Shown piece by piece: positions 17,613 to 27,311 of a DNA stretch of 64,000 bases; the stretch's first letter is position 1; each line of letters opens with the position of its first letter. The position numbers and the translations under genes were made by a program. The stretch lies in NCBI GenBank assembly GCA_964415295.1, contig CAYPYN010000002.1:324595-388594 (forward strand). The letters are read 5' to 3'. The stretch comes from an uncultured Bacteroidota bacterium. Lineage in GTDB: Bacteria > CLD3 > SB21. The notes under the pieces were generated by a model. It was given only the letters and a program-made list of their open reading frames with translations. It made no database searches and was not told the origin of the DNA.

Positions 17613-20600
17613 TTATGAGCAACCCATGCTGTTGCCGCAGTTCAAGCATTTATAGCAGGCGCCGTTGCGCACGGTCATGTGTCCGCACACATCGCAGGCC
17701 GGGGCATCGCCCATCATTTCGCTCAGTTGTTTTTCCATCAGGTTCATCGGGGCGTCTTTCGTCATATCCGATGCAACCGCCTCTGCGATCTCCGCCGGTT
17801 TGCTTTCTGTCGTGGCGGCCGGCTGGATCTGTCCATCCAGGGTCGGTGGAACGTGAACAAAGTCCATACGCCCGAGATATTCCATGCCGAGAACGCGGAA
17901 AATGAAATCGAGGATCGATGTTGCATTTTTGATATTCGGATGATCCGTGAAACCGCTCGGCTCGAAACGGGTAAAAGTGAATTTCTCGACGAATTTCTCC
18001 AGCGGCACGCCGTACTGCAGACCCATCGAGACCGCTACAGCGAAACAGTTGAGCAGACTCCGGTACGCGGCGCCTTCTTTGAACATATCGATGAAGATCT
18101 CGCCCAGCTGTCCGTCTTCGTATTCGCCGGTACGGAAATAGATCTTATGACCGCCGAGCGTAACTTCCTGTGTGAATCCGTGCCGTTTGTGCGGAATGGG
18201 TTTCTTCTGCCCGCGCTTGAGTTCCTTGCTCATTTTCTCCACGACATCTTTGACCGCTTTGTCGAGCTGCTCCTGTGTGATCGTCGCCGTCACGTCTTCC
18301 GAATCGCTGCTCAGCGATTTATTGCTCAGCGGCTGGGAGAATTTGGATCCGTCGCGATAAAGCGCTACGGCTTTGAGTCCGAGTTTCCATCCTTCAAAAT
18401 AGATCTTTTCGATGTCTTTGACCGTCGCTTCGTTGGGAATATTGACGGTCTTGGAAATTGCGCCAGAGAGGAACGGCTGCACGGCGCCCATCATTTTAAT
18501 GTGACCCATCGGATCGATGAAACGTTTCCCGATACCGCATTTATTGGCGCAGTCGAATACGGCCAGATGCTCTTCCTTCAGCAGATGCGTACCTTCCACG
18601 GTCTGCGCGCCGCCGATGTAAATCACCGCGCGGGAGATCTGCTCGCCGGAAAGGCCGCGGGCTTTCAGCGTTTTGATATTGATGTGCGGCGTCCATTCGT
18701 CGAGCGATTTATTCTTATTCACATACGCTTCGGCTTCTTCGATCTCCGCGTCTTTGAAACCCAATTGATTCAATTGCTCCGGATTCACATACGGCGCACC
18801 TTTGAATGTGCCGTGGCCGAGAATATACTTGATGATACCGTCGATCTCGTCCGGCGTATATCCGAGCTTACGAAGGGATTGAGGTATGGAACTGTTGACG
18901 ATCTTGAAATAACCGCCGCCGGCCAGTTTTTTCCATTTGACCAGAGAGAATTCCGGTTCCACGCCCGTCGTATCGCAATCCATCAGAAGACCGATCGTAC
19001 CCGTCGGCGCCAAAACCGTCGCCTGGGCATTGCGGTAGCCGTACTGCTCACCCATTTTCACGCAGGTGTCCCAGTCCTCGCGCGCCGCCTTGAGCAGTTC
19101 ATCCGGACAATATTCCGGATCGATCTTGTAGGCCGCATCGCGGTGTTTATTCATCACACGCATCATCGGTTTTTCGTTCTTCTTGTATCCGGCAAAAGGC
19201 CCTTTGATAGAGGCGACTTCGGCCGAACCGCGATAGCCCCAAGCGTGCATGATCGCCGTAATGGCTCCGGCCCAGGCGCGGCCTTCTTCGCTGTCGTACG
19301 GAATGCCGTTGACCATGAGCAATGTGCCGAGATTGGCATAACCCAATCCGAGCGGCCGGTAATCGTGGCTGTTCTGCGCGATCTTGTGCGTCGGATACGA
19401 CGACATGTCCACTAAAATTTCCTGCGCAATGATGAAAATGCGGCAGGCCTCGCGGAAACCTTCGATATCGAACTTCCCATTCTCATCGGCGAATTTCATC
19501 AGATTGATCGAAGCGAGGTTGCACGCCGTATCGTCGAGGAACATGTATTCGGAACACGGATTGGAGGCGTGGATTTTGTCCGTATTGGGGGACGTATGCC
19601 AGTCGTTGATCGTATCGTCGAACTGGATGCCGGGGTCGGCGCAGGCCCATGCGGCATTGGCGATCTGATCGAAAAGATCACGCGCTTTGTACGTATCCAC
19701 TACCGCACCCGTCGTGCGGCCGATGGTGCTCCAGTTGCCGTCTTCGAGAACGGCGTTCATGAACTTATCCGAAACGCGAACCGAGTTATTCGAGTTCTGC
19801 CCGGCAACCGTCTGATACGCCTCGCCGTTGAAATCGGATTCGTAACCGGCATCGATCAGCGCCTTGACTTTTTTCTCTTCTTTCACTTTCCAATTGATGA
19901 AATCCACGATCTCCGGATGGTCCATATCGAGACAGACCATCTTCGCCGCACGGCGGGTGGTTCCTCCGGACTTCGTGGCGCCCGCTCCGCGGTCCAAGAC
20001 CGACAGGAAAGACATAAGACCGGATGAAGTGCCTCCGCCGGAAAGTTTTTCCTGTTTTCCGCGCAATGCGGAAAAGTTACTTCCGGTGCCCGAACCGTAT
20101 TTGAATAAACGGGCTTCGTTCTTGGCCAATTCAAAGATCCCCATCAGATCGTCCGAGACCGATTGAATGAAACAAGCGGAACATTGCGGATGGGAATACG
20201 AATCGTCGGTCGCTTCGATGTTGCCCGATTTGGGATTCCAATAATAGTTGCCACCCGTACCATTAATACCGTACTCATGATACAAACCGCAATTGAACCA
20301 GACGGGCGAATTGAAGGCACCCATTTGATTAATCAGCAAGTGCGTGAGTTCCATTTCAAAAATCTCCGCGTCGGCAGAGGAATTGAAATAGCCGAGATTT
20401 TCGCCTTCCGCACGGATCGTGTGGGCCACGCGGTGAACCAACTGTTTCGCGCTCGTTTCATGGCCGGTTCCAGGCACTCCCGCTTTACGGAAATACTTGG
20501 ATGCGGCTATATCCGTAGCTAATTGCGACCAGCTTCTGGGAATTTCCAGATCTTTCATTTCAAATACGACCGAACCGTCGGGTTCGGTGATCACGCTCGA

Positions 20601-20777
20601 ACGTTTTTCAAATTCGATCGTATCGAATGGATGAAGACCTTCCTGAGTAAAGTAACGGTCGAAACGTAATCCTTTGGCGCCTTCATACGAAATCCCGTTG
20701 ATCTCATGTTTTGAAGCCTTGCTCGGAGATGATTTCTTTACGTCCTTCACTTGGGCATCAGGGTTTTGAACGGCCAT
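17613..20777 (-). CDS. nrdJ: Ribonucleoside-diphosphate reductase, class II, adenosylcobalamin-dependent
   Basis: 1054 aa class II RNR. The conserved RNR core includes the active-site region NPCSEY and a C-terminal zinc ribbon CDVCG...CYKCLNCG. Confidence 0.9.
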   Translation of the reverse strand: MAVQNPDAQVKDVKKSSPSKASKHEINGISYEGAKGLRFDRYFTQEGLHPFDTIEFEKRSSVITEPDGSVVFEMKDLEIPRSWSQLATDIAASKYFRKAGVPGTGHETSAKQLVHRVAHTIRAEGENLGYFNSSADAEIFEMELTHLLINQMGAFNSPVWFNCGLYHEYGINGTGGNYYWNPKSGNIEATDDSYSHPQCSACFIQSVSDDLMGIFELAKNEARLFKYGSGTGSNFSALRGKQEKLSGGGTSSGLMSFLSVLDRGAGATKSGGTTRRAAKMVCLDMDHPEIVDFINWKVKEEKKVKALIDAGYESDFNGEAYQTVAGQNSNNSVRVSDKFMNAVLEDGNWSTIGRTTGAVVDTYKARDLFDQIANAAWACADPGIQFDDTINDWHTSPNTDKIHASNPCSEYMFLDDTACNLASINLMKFADENGKFDIEGFREACRIFIIAQEILVDMSSYPTHKIAQNSHDYRPLGLGYANLGTLLMVNGIPYDSEEGRAWAGAITAIMHAWGYRGSAEVASIKGPFAGYKKNEKPMMRVMNKHRDAAYKIDPEYCPDELLKAAREDWDTCVKMGEQYGYRNAQATVLAPTGTIGLLMDCDTTGVEPEFSLVKWKKLAGGGYFKIVNSSIPQSLRKLGYTPDEIDGIIKYILGHGTFKGAPYVNPEQLNQLGFKDAEIEEAEAYVNKNKSLDEWTPHINIKTLKARGLSGEQISRAVIYIGGAQTVEGTHLLKEEHLAVFDCANKCGIGKRFIDPMGHIKMMGAVQPFLSGAISKTVNIPNEATVKDIEKIYFEGWKLGLKAVALYRDGSKFSQPLSNKSLSSDSEDVTATITQEQLDKAVKDVVEKMSKELKRGQKKPIPHKRHGFTQEVTLGGHKIYFRTGEYEDGQLGEIFIDMFKEGAAYRSLLNCFAVAVSMGLQYGVPLEKFVEKFTFTRFEPSGFTDHPNIKNATSILDFIFRVLGMEYLGRMDFVHVPPTLDGQIQPAATTESKPAEIAEAVASDMTKDAPMNLMEKQLSEMMGDAPACDVCGHMTVRNGACYKCLNCGNSMGCS

Positions 20778-21478
20778 GGTGAGAAATCCTTATGGGTTTA
20801 GAATTATATCAAAATAAAGTGTTCTTATTTTTTATCGAGAACCTGACAAAGCAGCGATTCAAAGAGAAAAATTCCCTCTTATGTTCCTTAGTATTTTTTC
20901 AAAAAAAGAAAAAAAGACCTTTTGAAAATACTGCGAACATGACTGTCTTCGGATGTAACGGACAGTTATTATTTCTTGAAATGCCTTCTCTCTCGGAAAG
21001 ACCATTTCTAACAGGGGTAAAAACATTATAAAACACCTTGTTTTTAAACGCAAGAAGATTTTGATAATTAACATAATCCACAAATTATCAACATTCTTAA
21101 TGTATTATAAACAATATGTAAATTCCACAAAAAAAAGTTATTAACATAAAATTGATGTTCACATTTTTTGAACAAAATACCATGCCAAAATCGGCTGTTT
21201 ATCCATGATTTCAGTGTTATTTTTTTCACCCGAGTATAACATCAATAATATAAATATTTCTCAGACGGCTGAGATTGAATCACAACAAATTTTCTAATAA
21301 CTTTTACACAGTCGGATAAAGTTCTTGCTTTTTTTTGGCAAAAAAAGTACTATTCACACCAGAAAAACAGCCCACTGAGACAATACCTTCACGGATTGCT
21401 CGCGCCTGTTCATACACAACCTGTTCATTCGAACAACTTTAAAGTGAAATAGCTAAATATAACTTCGGAGCTCGGCTT
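20778..21478. promoter_or_regulatory. 700 bp AT-rich divergent intergenic region between nrdJ and sdhC
   Basis: No credible ORFs. The region has A/T tracts and an A/T hairpin CTTTTTTTTGGCAAAAAAAG at about 21333-21352. It probably carries divergent promoters and operator sites. Confidence 0.4.
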
Positions 21479-22159
21479 ATGCTTCCCTTTTCAACGGTTA
21501 TATGGTCATCGGTAGGAAAAAAGATCCTGACCGGAATCACCGGTATCCTGCTTTGCCTTTTTGTTATCGGTCATATGGGCGGAAATATCAATCTTTTCAT
21601 AGGACCGGACGCATTCAATTCGTATACCAAAAAACTTGAGAGTCTCGGTGTACTTCTATATGTGATTGAGATCGGACTGGTCACCGTATTTGTGATCCAC
21701 GCGATCATCGGCATCTCAATCTATCTTAAGAAACGAGAGGCACGACCGGAACCTTATATGAAAGTCGGCGATGCCGGAGGCAATAGCCAGAAGTCGGTTT
21801 CGTCGGAAACCATGATATGGACCGGCTTGATCATGTTCGTTTTTACGATCCTGCATCTGATCACTTTCAAATACGGTCCATATTACCGCACTTATGTCGA
21901 CGGCGTGGAAATGAGGGATCTATACAGATTGGTCGTTGAGGTCTTCCAATCCCCGTCATACGCTTTCGGATATGTCATTATAATGCTCCTTCTGGGTTTT
22001 CATCTCCGTCACGGTTTCTGGAGTGCTTTCCAGTCCCTCGGATTGACCAACCCGCGAATGAAGGCGTTTGTCTACAGTCTCGGAATGTTCATTTCATTCG
22101 TTCTGGCCGTAGGATTTCTCTCCATGCCCTTATGTATTTATTTTGGATTGGTAAAATAG
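21479..22159 (+). CDS. sdhC: Succinate dehydrogenase/fumarate reductase cytochrome b subunit (Bacteroides type)
   Basis: 226 aa with five TM helices and His ligands. It sits upstream of sdhA/sdhB in frdCAB-like order. Confidence 0.85.
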   Translation: MLPFSTVIWSSVGKKILTGITGILLCLFVIGHMGGNINLFIGPDAFNSYTKKLESLGVLLYVIEIGLVTVFVIHAIIGISIYLKKREARPEPYMKVGDAGGNSQKSVSSETMIWTGLIMFVFTILHLITFKYGPYYRTYVDGVEMRDLYRLVVEVFQSPSYAFGYVIIMLLLGFHLRHGFWSAFQSLGLTNPRMKAFVYSLGMFISFVLAVGFLSMPLCIYFGLVK

Positions 22160-22222
22160 TATTAGCATCGGAAATTCATAAAATTCGATTATCGATTTTG
22201 ATTCTTTATACGGAGGCTTCAC

Positions 22223-24136
22223 ATGAAACTGGACTCTAAACTCCCCGGCGGACCTCTTGCCGAAAAATGGAGCAAACATAAGTTTGACATGAAACTGGTT
22301 AACCCGGCCAATCGGCGCAAATACACCGTCTTGGTGGTCGGAACCGGATTGGCCGGCGCTTCCGCCGCGGCTTCGCTGGGCGAATTGGGATATAACGTAA
22401 AATCGTTCTGCATACAGGATTCCCCCCGCCGTGCCCACAGCATCGCCGCACAAGGTGGCATCAACGCCGCCAAGAATTATTCAAACGACGGTGACAGCGT
22501 GTGGCGATTATTCTATGATACCATCAAAGGCGGTGACTACCGCGCCCGCGAGGCCAACGTGTATCGGCTGGCGGAACTCAGCGTCAATATCATCGACCAA
22601 TGCGTTGCACAGGGTGTACCTTTTGCCCGTGAGTACGGCGGACAACTGGATAACCGCTCTTTCGGCGGTGCGCAGGTCTCACGAACCTTTTACGCACGGG
22701 GACAGACAGGCCAACAGCTTCTGCTTGGCGCTTACGGCTCCATGATGCGGCAGGTCGAAGAGGGTCGCGTCATGATGTACGCACGCCGCGAAATGCTGGA
22801 TCTTGTAGTCATCGACGGCAAGGCGCGAGGCATCGTCGTGCGCAATCTGACCAACGGACAGATAGAAACCTATGCGGGCGACGCGGTTCTGCTTTGCACG
22901 GGCGGCTATGGTAACGTCTTTTATCTCTCTACCAACGCCAAAAATTCCAATGCCACCGCGGCATGGCGCTGCTACAAAAAAGGCGCCGCATTCGGAAACC
23001 CTTGTTACACTCAGATCCACCCGACGTGCATTCCTCAAAGCGGCGACTATCAGGCCAAACTGACCCTTATGAGTGAGAGCTTACGCAACGACGGCCGCGT
23101 CTGGGTGCCAAAGAATAAAGGCGACAAACGTCCGCCGGAACAAATCCCCGAAGATGAACGCGATTATTATTTGGAACGTAAATACCCGAGTTTCGGCAAT
23201 CTCGTTCCGCGCGACGTAGCATCCCGCAATGCCAAAGCCGTTTGCGACGAAGGGCGCGGCGTAGGTGAGACGGGACTGGCTGTCTATCTCGATTTCTCTG
23301 ATGCGATCAACCGACTCGGTGAAGCCGATATAAAGGACAAATACGGAAATCTTTTTGATATGTATGAACGTATCACGGGCGACAACCCGTACAAAACTCC
23401 GATGCGGATCTACCCTGCGGTACATTATACAATGGGCGGGCTCTGGGTTGACTACAATCTCATGACCTCGATCCCGGGTTTATTTGCTCTGGGTGAAGCC
23501 AATTTCTCCGACCATGGCGCCAACAGACTGGGCGCCTCGGCGCTCATGCAGGGCCTGGCCGATGGCTATTTTGTGATTCCATACACACTGGCCAATTACC
23601 TCGCCACCAACTCCTTTTCAAAAGTTTCTCCGGATCAGGCTGAATTTGTGTCCGCAAAAGATGACGCTCAGTCCCAGATCAAGAAACTGATGGCCGTTGG
23701 CGGAAAAAAGACGGTGACCGAATTTCACAGGGAACTCGGCAAGATCATGTGGGATAACGTAGGCATGGCGCGAACCGAGAAAAGCCTGAAATACGCTTTG
23801 CAGGAAATACCCAAGCTAAGGGAGGAATTCTGGAAGAACGTGATGATCCCGCAGGATACCGATAATCTGAATAAGAACCTGGAATTTGCCGGCCGCGTAG
23901 CCGATTTCCTGGAACTGGGTGAGCTCATGGCCAAAGATGCTCTGCATCGCAACGAATCCTGCGGCGGCCATTTCCGCGAAGAATATCAAACGCCGGAAGG
24001 GGAAGCCCAGCGTGATGATGAAAAATTCACCTATGTTGCGGCTTGGGAATATGCCGGTCAGGATAAGGAACCCATTCTTAATAAAGAACCTCTCGAGTTT
24101 GAGAATGTCCACTTAAGTCAACGCAGCTATAAATAA
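22223..24136 (+). CDS. sdhA: Succinate dehydrogenase/fumarate reductase flavoprotein subunit
   Basis: 637 aa with the FAD-binding motif [14 protein letters not shown], the covalent-FAD His region [14 protein letters not shown] and the catalytic Arg/His motifs. Confidence 0.9.
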   Translation: MKLDSKLPGGPLAEKWSKHKFDMKLVNPANRRKYTVLVVGTGLAGASAAASLGELGYNVKSFCIQDSPRRAHSIAAQGGINAAKNYSNDGDSVWRLFYDTIKGGDYRAREANVYRLAELSVNIIDQCVAQGVPFAREYGGQLDNRSFGGAQVSRTFYARGQTGQQLLLGAYGSMMRQVEEGRVMMYARREMLDLVVIDGKARGIVVRNLTNGQIETYAGDAVLLCTGGYGNVFYLSTNAKNSNATAAWRCYKKGAAFGNPCYTQIHPTCIPQSGDYQAKLTLMSESLRNDGRVWVPKNKGDKRPPEQIPEDERDYYLERKYPSFGNLVPRDVASRNAKAVCDEGRGVGETGLAVYLDFSDAINRLGEADIKDKYGNLFDMYERITGDNPYKTPMRIYPAVHYTMGGLWVDYNLMTSIPGLFALGEANFSDHGANRLGASALMQGLADGYFVIPYTLANYLATNSFSKVSPDQAEFVSAKDDAQSQIKKLMAVGGKKTVTEFHRELGKIMWDNVGMARTEKSLKYALQEIPKLREEFWKNVMIPQDTDNLNKNLEFAGRVADFLELGELMAKDALHRNESCGGHFREEYQTPEGEAQRDDEKFTYVAAWEYAGQDKEPILNKEPLEFENVHLSQRSYK

Positions 24137-24177
24137 ACCTTTTCACCGCTAACAGGCGGTAAAAAATACGAGGAAAT

Positions 24178-24936
24178 ATGGAAACCAACAATAAATTGAC
24201 CCTGCACCTGAAAGTCTGGCGCCAGAAGAACGGAAACTCCAAAGGCAAATTGGTCGACTACACACTGACCGACGTTTCCACGCACATGTCGTTTCTGGAA
24301 ATGCTGGATGTACTCAACGAGCAGTTGATGAAAAAGGGCGAAGATCCGGTGGAATTCGACAACGATTGCCGCGAAGGGATCTGCGGTATGTGCAGCCTTG
24401 TGATCAACGGAGTAGCTCACGGTCAGGAAAAGAGCACGGCCACATGCCAATTGCATATGCGCAAATTCAACGACGGCGATACGATTACGATCGAGCCCTG
24501 GCGTTCCAAAGCCTTCCCGGTAATTAAAGACCTGGTCGTTGATCGTAGCGCTTTTGATCAGATCATTTCCGCCGGCGGATATACTTCATGCCGTGTCGGC
24601 GCCGCGGCCGACGGCAACAGTCTGCTGATTCCCAAAGACATGGCCGAAAAAGCCATGGACGCCGCCGCCTGCATCGGCTGCGGAGCCTGCGTCGCTGCCT
24701 GTCCCAACGGATCCGCTTCTCTTTTTGTGGCGGCCAAGATCGCCCAATTCTCCTATCTGCCACAAGGTCAGGCCGAACGTAAGCAACGCGTTCTAAATAT
24801 GGTCAGCAAGATGGATGAACTGGGCTTCGGCGACTGCTCCAATCACGGCGAATGCGAAGCGGCCTGCCCCAAAGAGATCTCTATCACACACATCGCCATT
24901 ATGCGTAAAGAATATTTGAAAGCCGCGTTAAGCTGA
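24178..24936 (+). CDS. sdhB: Succinate dehydrogenase/fumarate reductase iron-sulfur subunit
   Basis: 252 aa with the 2Fe-2S motif CREGICGMC and the 4Fe-4S/3Fe-4S motifs [12 protein letters not shown] and [12 protein letters not shown]. Confidence 0.9.
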   Translation: METNNKLTLHLKVWRQKNGNSKGKLVDYTLTDVSTHMSFLEMLDVLNEQLMKKGEDPVEFDNDCREGICGMCSLVINGVAHGQEKSTATCQLHMRKFNDGDTITIEPWRSKAFPVIKDLVVDRSAFDQIISAGGYTSCRVGAAADGNSLLIPKDMAEKAMDAAACIGCGACVAACPNGSASLFVAAKIAQFSYLPQGQAERKQRVLNMVSKMDELGFGDCSNHGECEAACPKEISITHIAIMRKEYLKAALS

Positions 24937-24965
24937 GAATATTTGTCTATTGCCGTATCACACTA

Positions 24966-24997
24966 AAAGGGTTGTTAAGAGCAACCCTTTTTTTGTT
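24966..24997 (+). terminator. Rho-independent terminator after sdhB
   Basis: Hairpin AAGGGTTG-ttaaga-GCAACCCTT followed by TTTTTTG. Confidence 0.7.
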
Positions 24998-25120
24998 AAT
25001 TTCCGGGAGCTAAAGACAAAATTTTTACATATTTCGTGAAACATTTTGTCGCCAGGGGCGTATCTTTTAACGGTCGCTTATACTAGCTTCTGAAGCCTTC
25101 ATAAAACGGCAAGGTGGTTT

Positions 25121-26848
25121 ATGCTCCATCATATTAAAACATTCTGGTTGACCGTCGTGATCATGGTTTCCTGTTCTACCACGATTATGGCTCAGTACGT
25201 GATCGCCGATCTCAAGAATTTTGAAATGGACAAGATTTACGTGAAAGGATTCACGGTAAAACGAACGGCCACAATCTCAGTAGATGCGGTGGGTGTTATG
25301 TCGCGGTCTGAAAAATGGAACCGCTGGAATCCCATGATTGCTTACGGCTGGATACTCAATACCGACACCAAAGAAGTCGTTTGGGAAATGAAGCCTTACA
25401 ACGTTAATTCCGAATCCGGAACAAGCAATGTGGAATTTCACGGAACCGTGGCGCTTCAGCCGGGCAATTACGAAGCGTATTATTCCACTTATGGCCAGAA
25501 AATCATCCGTATATCCAAGTCCGACAGTTACATGGGCGAATTTTTCAAGAACCTCGCCAAAGTATTTGTTGACGATGAAGATTTGTATCATGATGCCGAT
25601 CAATGGAAACTCAAGATTGTGTCCAATGCATCAAGCGACAACTTCGCCTCGTACGACGGATCCAAATCGAAAAAAGTTATTTGTGCTCTGTCCGGCGCGC
25701 GCGACAGCGATTATCTGGAAAAAGGCTTTACGCTTGAGAAAGATATGAAAGTGAGGATTTACGCCATTGGTGAGGGTCAGGATCGCCGCATGTATGATTT
25801 CGGATGGCTGTTAGACGACAAAACGTCCAAGACCGTTTGGGAAATGCGGTATGAAACCACTTCCCATGGTGGCGGTGCAGAAAAGAACCGTACGTATTCA
25901 GGAATTTTTAATCTGCGCGCCGGCAATTATGTCGCAACCTATGTGACTGACGACTCCCACTCTTTTACGGAATGGAATATGCAGCCGCCGTACGATCCGG
26001 CTAATTGGGGTCTGACCATCAGCGTACTGGACGAAGAGGACCTGGCGTACGTTCGTGACTACAAAAAGTCCAAGAAACAGGAGATCATCTCCCTGACCCG
26101 AATTGGCGACAGTGAATACAAGTCGGAAGGATTTTCGTTGACGAAAACCACGGACATCCTTATCTATTCGCTGGGCGAAGGCCGCGATCACCGCATGTAT
26201 GACTACGGCTGGATCACCAATGCCGAAACCGGCCGTACGGTTTGGGAAATGCGGTACATGGACACAAAGTTCGCCGGGGGCTCGGACAAGAACCGTCTCT
26301 TCGAAGGCACAGTGACTCTGGAACCCGGGAACTATATGGTTTATTACAAGACCGACGGATCTCACTCGTACGACGATTGGAACGATGATCCCCCATACAA
26401 CGGAAGTAAATGGGGTATCACGCTCAACTTGGTCAACAATGAGGATGCAAAGAACCTTTCGAAATACAGCGAAACAGAAGACCAGAGTCTCATTGCTCAG
26501 ATCGTCAGGGTTGGTGATGATGAATACCGTACCAAAGAATTTACGCTAACCAAGGACGCCAAAGTGCGTGTCCTGTGCCTCGGCGAAGGAAAAAGCGGAC
26601 GTATGTATGATTACGGGTGGATCAAAAATGAATCCACCGGCCAGACGGTTTGGGAAATGACCTACGGCATGAGTGAAAATGCCGGAGGCGCTCGTAAGAA
26701 CAGACTGTTCGACGGAAACATCTACCTGGATGCCGGCAATTATCAAGTTGTATATATTACGGACGGTTCCCACTCGTTCGACGACTGGAACGACGATCCC
26801 CCGTATCAACCCGATAAATGGGGCATTACGATCAAACGGGTCAAATAA
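25121..26848 (+). CDS. Secreted protein built from four tandem ~135 aa repeats of an uncharacterised domain
   Basis: 575 aa with signal peptide MLHHIKTFWLTVVIMVSCSTTIMAQ. The four repeats share the pattern F(T/S)L-K-x-V-GEG-RMYDYGW-TVWEM-Y-GG-KNR-F-G-L-GNY-VY-TDGSHS-DDWNDDPPY-KWGIT. Confidence 0.7.
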   Translation: MLHHIKTFWLTVVIMVSCSTTIMAQYVIADLKNFEMDKIYVKGFTVKRTATISVDAVGVMSRSEKWNRWNPMIAYGWILNTDTKEVVWEMKPYNVNSESGTSNVEFHGTVALQPGNYEAYYSTYGQKIIRISKSDSYMGEFFKNLAKVFVDDEDLYHDADQWKLKIVSNASSDNFASYDGSKSKKVICALSGARDSDYLEKGFTLEKDMKVRIYAIGEGQDRRMYDFGWLLDDKTSKTVWEMRYETTSHGGGAEKNRTYSGIFNLRAGNYVATYVTDDSHSFTEWNMQPPYDPANWGLTISVLDEEDLAYVRDYKKSKKQEIISLTRIGDSEYKSEGFSLTKTTDILIYSLGEGRDHRMYDYGWITNAETGRTVWEMRYMDTKFAGGSDKNRLFEGTVTLEPGNYMVYYKTDGSHSYDDWNDDPPYNGSKWGITLNLVNNEDAKNLSKYSETEDQSLIAQIVRVGDDEYRTKEFTLTKDAKVRVLCLGEGKSGRMYDYGWIKNESTGQTVWEMTYGMSENAGGARKNRLFDGNIYLDAGNYQVVYITDGSHSFDDWNDDPPYQPDKWGITIKRVK

Positions 26849-26869
26849 GAATCTCCCGCAAAAACTTAA

Positions 26870-26903
26870 AAGCGATTTCTTTAAGGAAATCGCTTTTTTT
26901 ATT
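26870..26903 (+). terminator. Rho-independent terminator
   Basis: Hairpin AAGCGATTTC-tttaagg-GAAATCGCTT followed by TTTTTTT. Confidence 0.7.
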
Positions 26904-26979
26904 TTCAATAAATTCCGGGTTGTTATTGAAATAAAAAATTGTACATTGCTCATGCACGCCAACCCGGGGAGGTTCCACT

Positions 26980-27306
26980 ATGTTTGACCGCATCAAATTC
27001 ACCATCAAACCTAAATCCGTTCATATCAGCGTGGATCCGTTCTTTGCTAATGATTACGTATTATACCACGAGAGGAACGGTGAAATTCGCCTGCTGGAGA
27101 GGGATCTGGAAGGTTTCGAGACGGATGAAGATCTCTGCATCTATGATACTTCCAAAGGCGTCCAATACGATATCGACAAGAAGGACGACCATTTCACCGT
27201 TACCGTCGAAGAGATGGATCTGGATGCCCTTCTCTTCATCGGATTGCCGAGAGAAGCATTGGATCAGATCATCCTGCTCAAAAAACGCGTGATAAATCCC
27301 AGATGA
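26980..27306 (+). CDS. Hypothetical small acidic protein
   Basis: 108 aa. A GGGGAGG Shine-Dalgarno site lies 7 nt upstream of the ATG. No recognisable motifs. Confidence 0.4.
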   Translation: MFDRIKFTIKPKSVHISVDPFFANDYVLYHERNGEIRLLERDLEGFETDEDLCIYDTSKGVQYDIDKKDDHFTVTVEEMDLDALLFIGLPREALDQIILLKKRVINPR

Positions 27307-27311
27307 TATTG

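Noticed and set aside
17679-19415. 578 aa plus-strand ORF
   Set aside because: It lies entirely within and antisense to nrdJ. Arg/His-rich composition is typical of antisense frames in GC-skewed codons.
21355-21375. GCCCACTG resembling a B12-box of a cobalamin riboswitch
   Set aside because: It is on the strand leading into sdhC, not nrdJ. It lacks the surrounding conserved riboswitch helices, and a B12 riboswitch upstream of sdh makes no sense.
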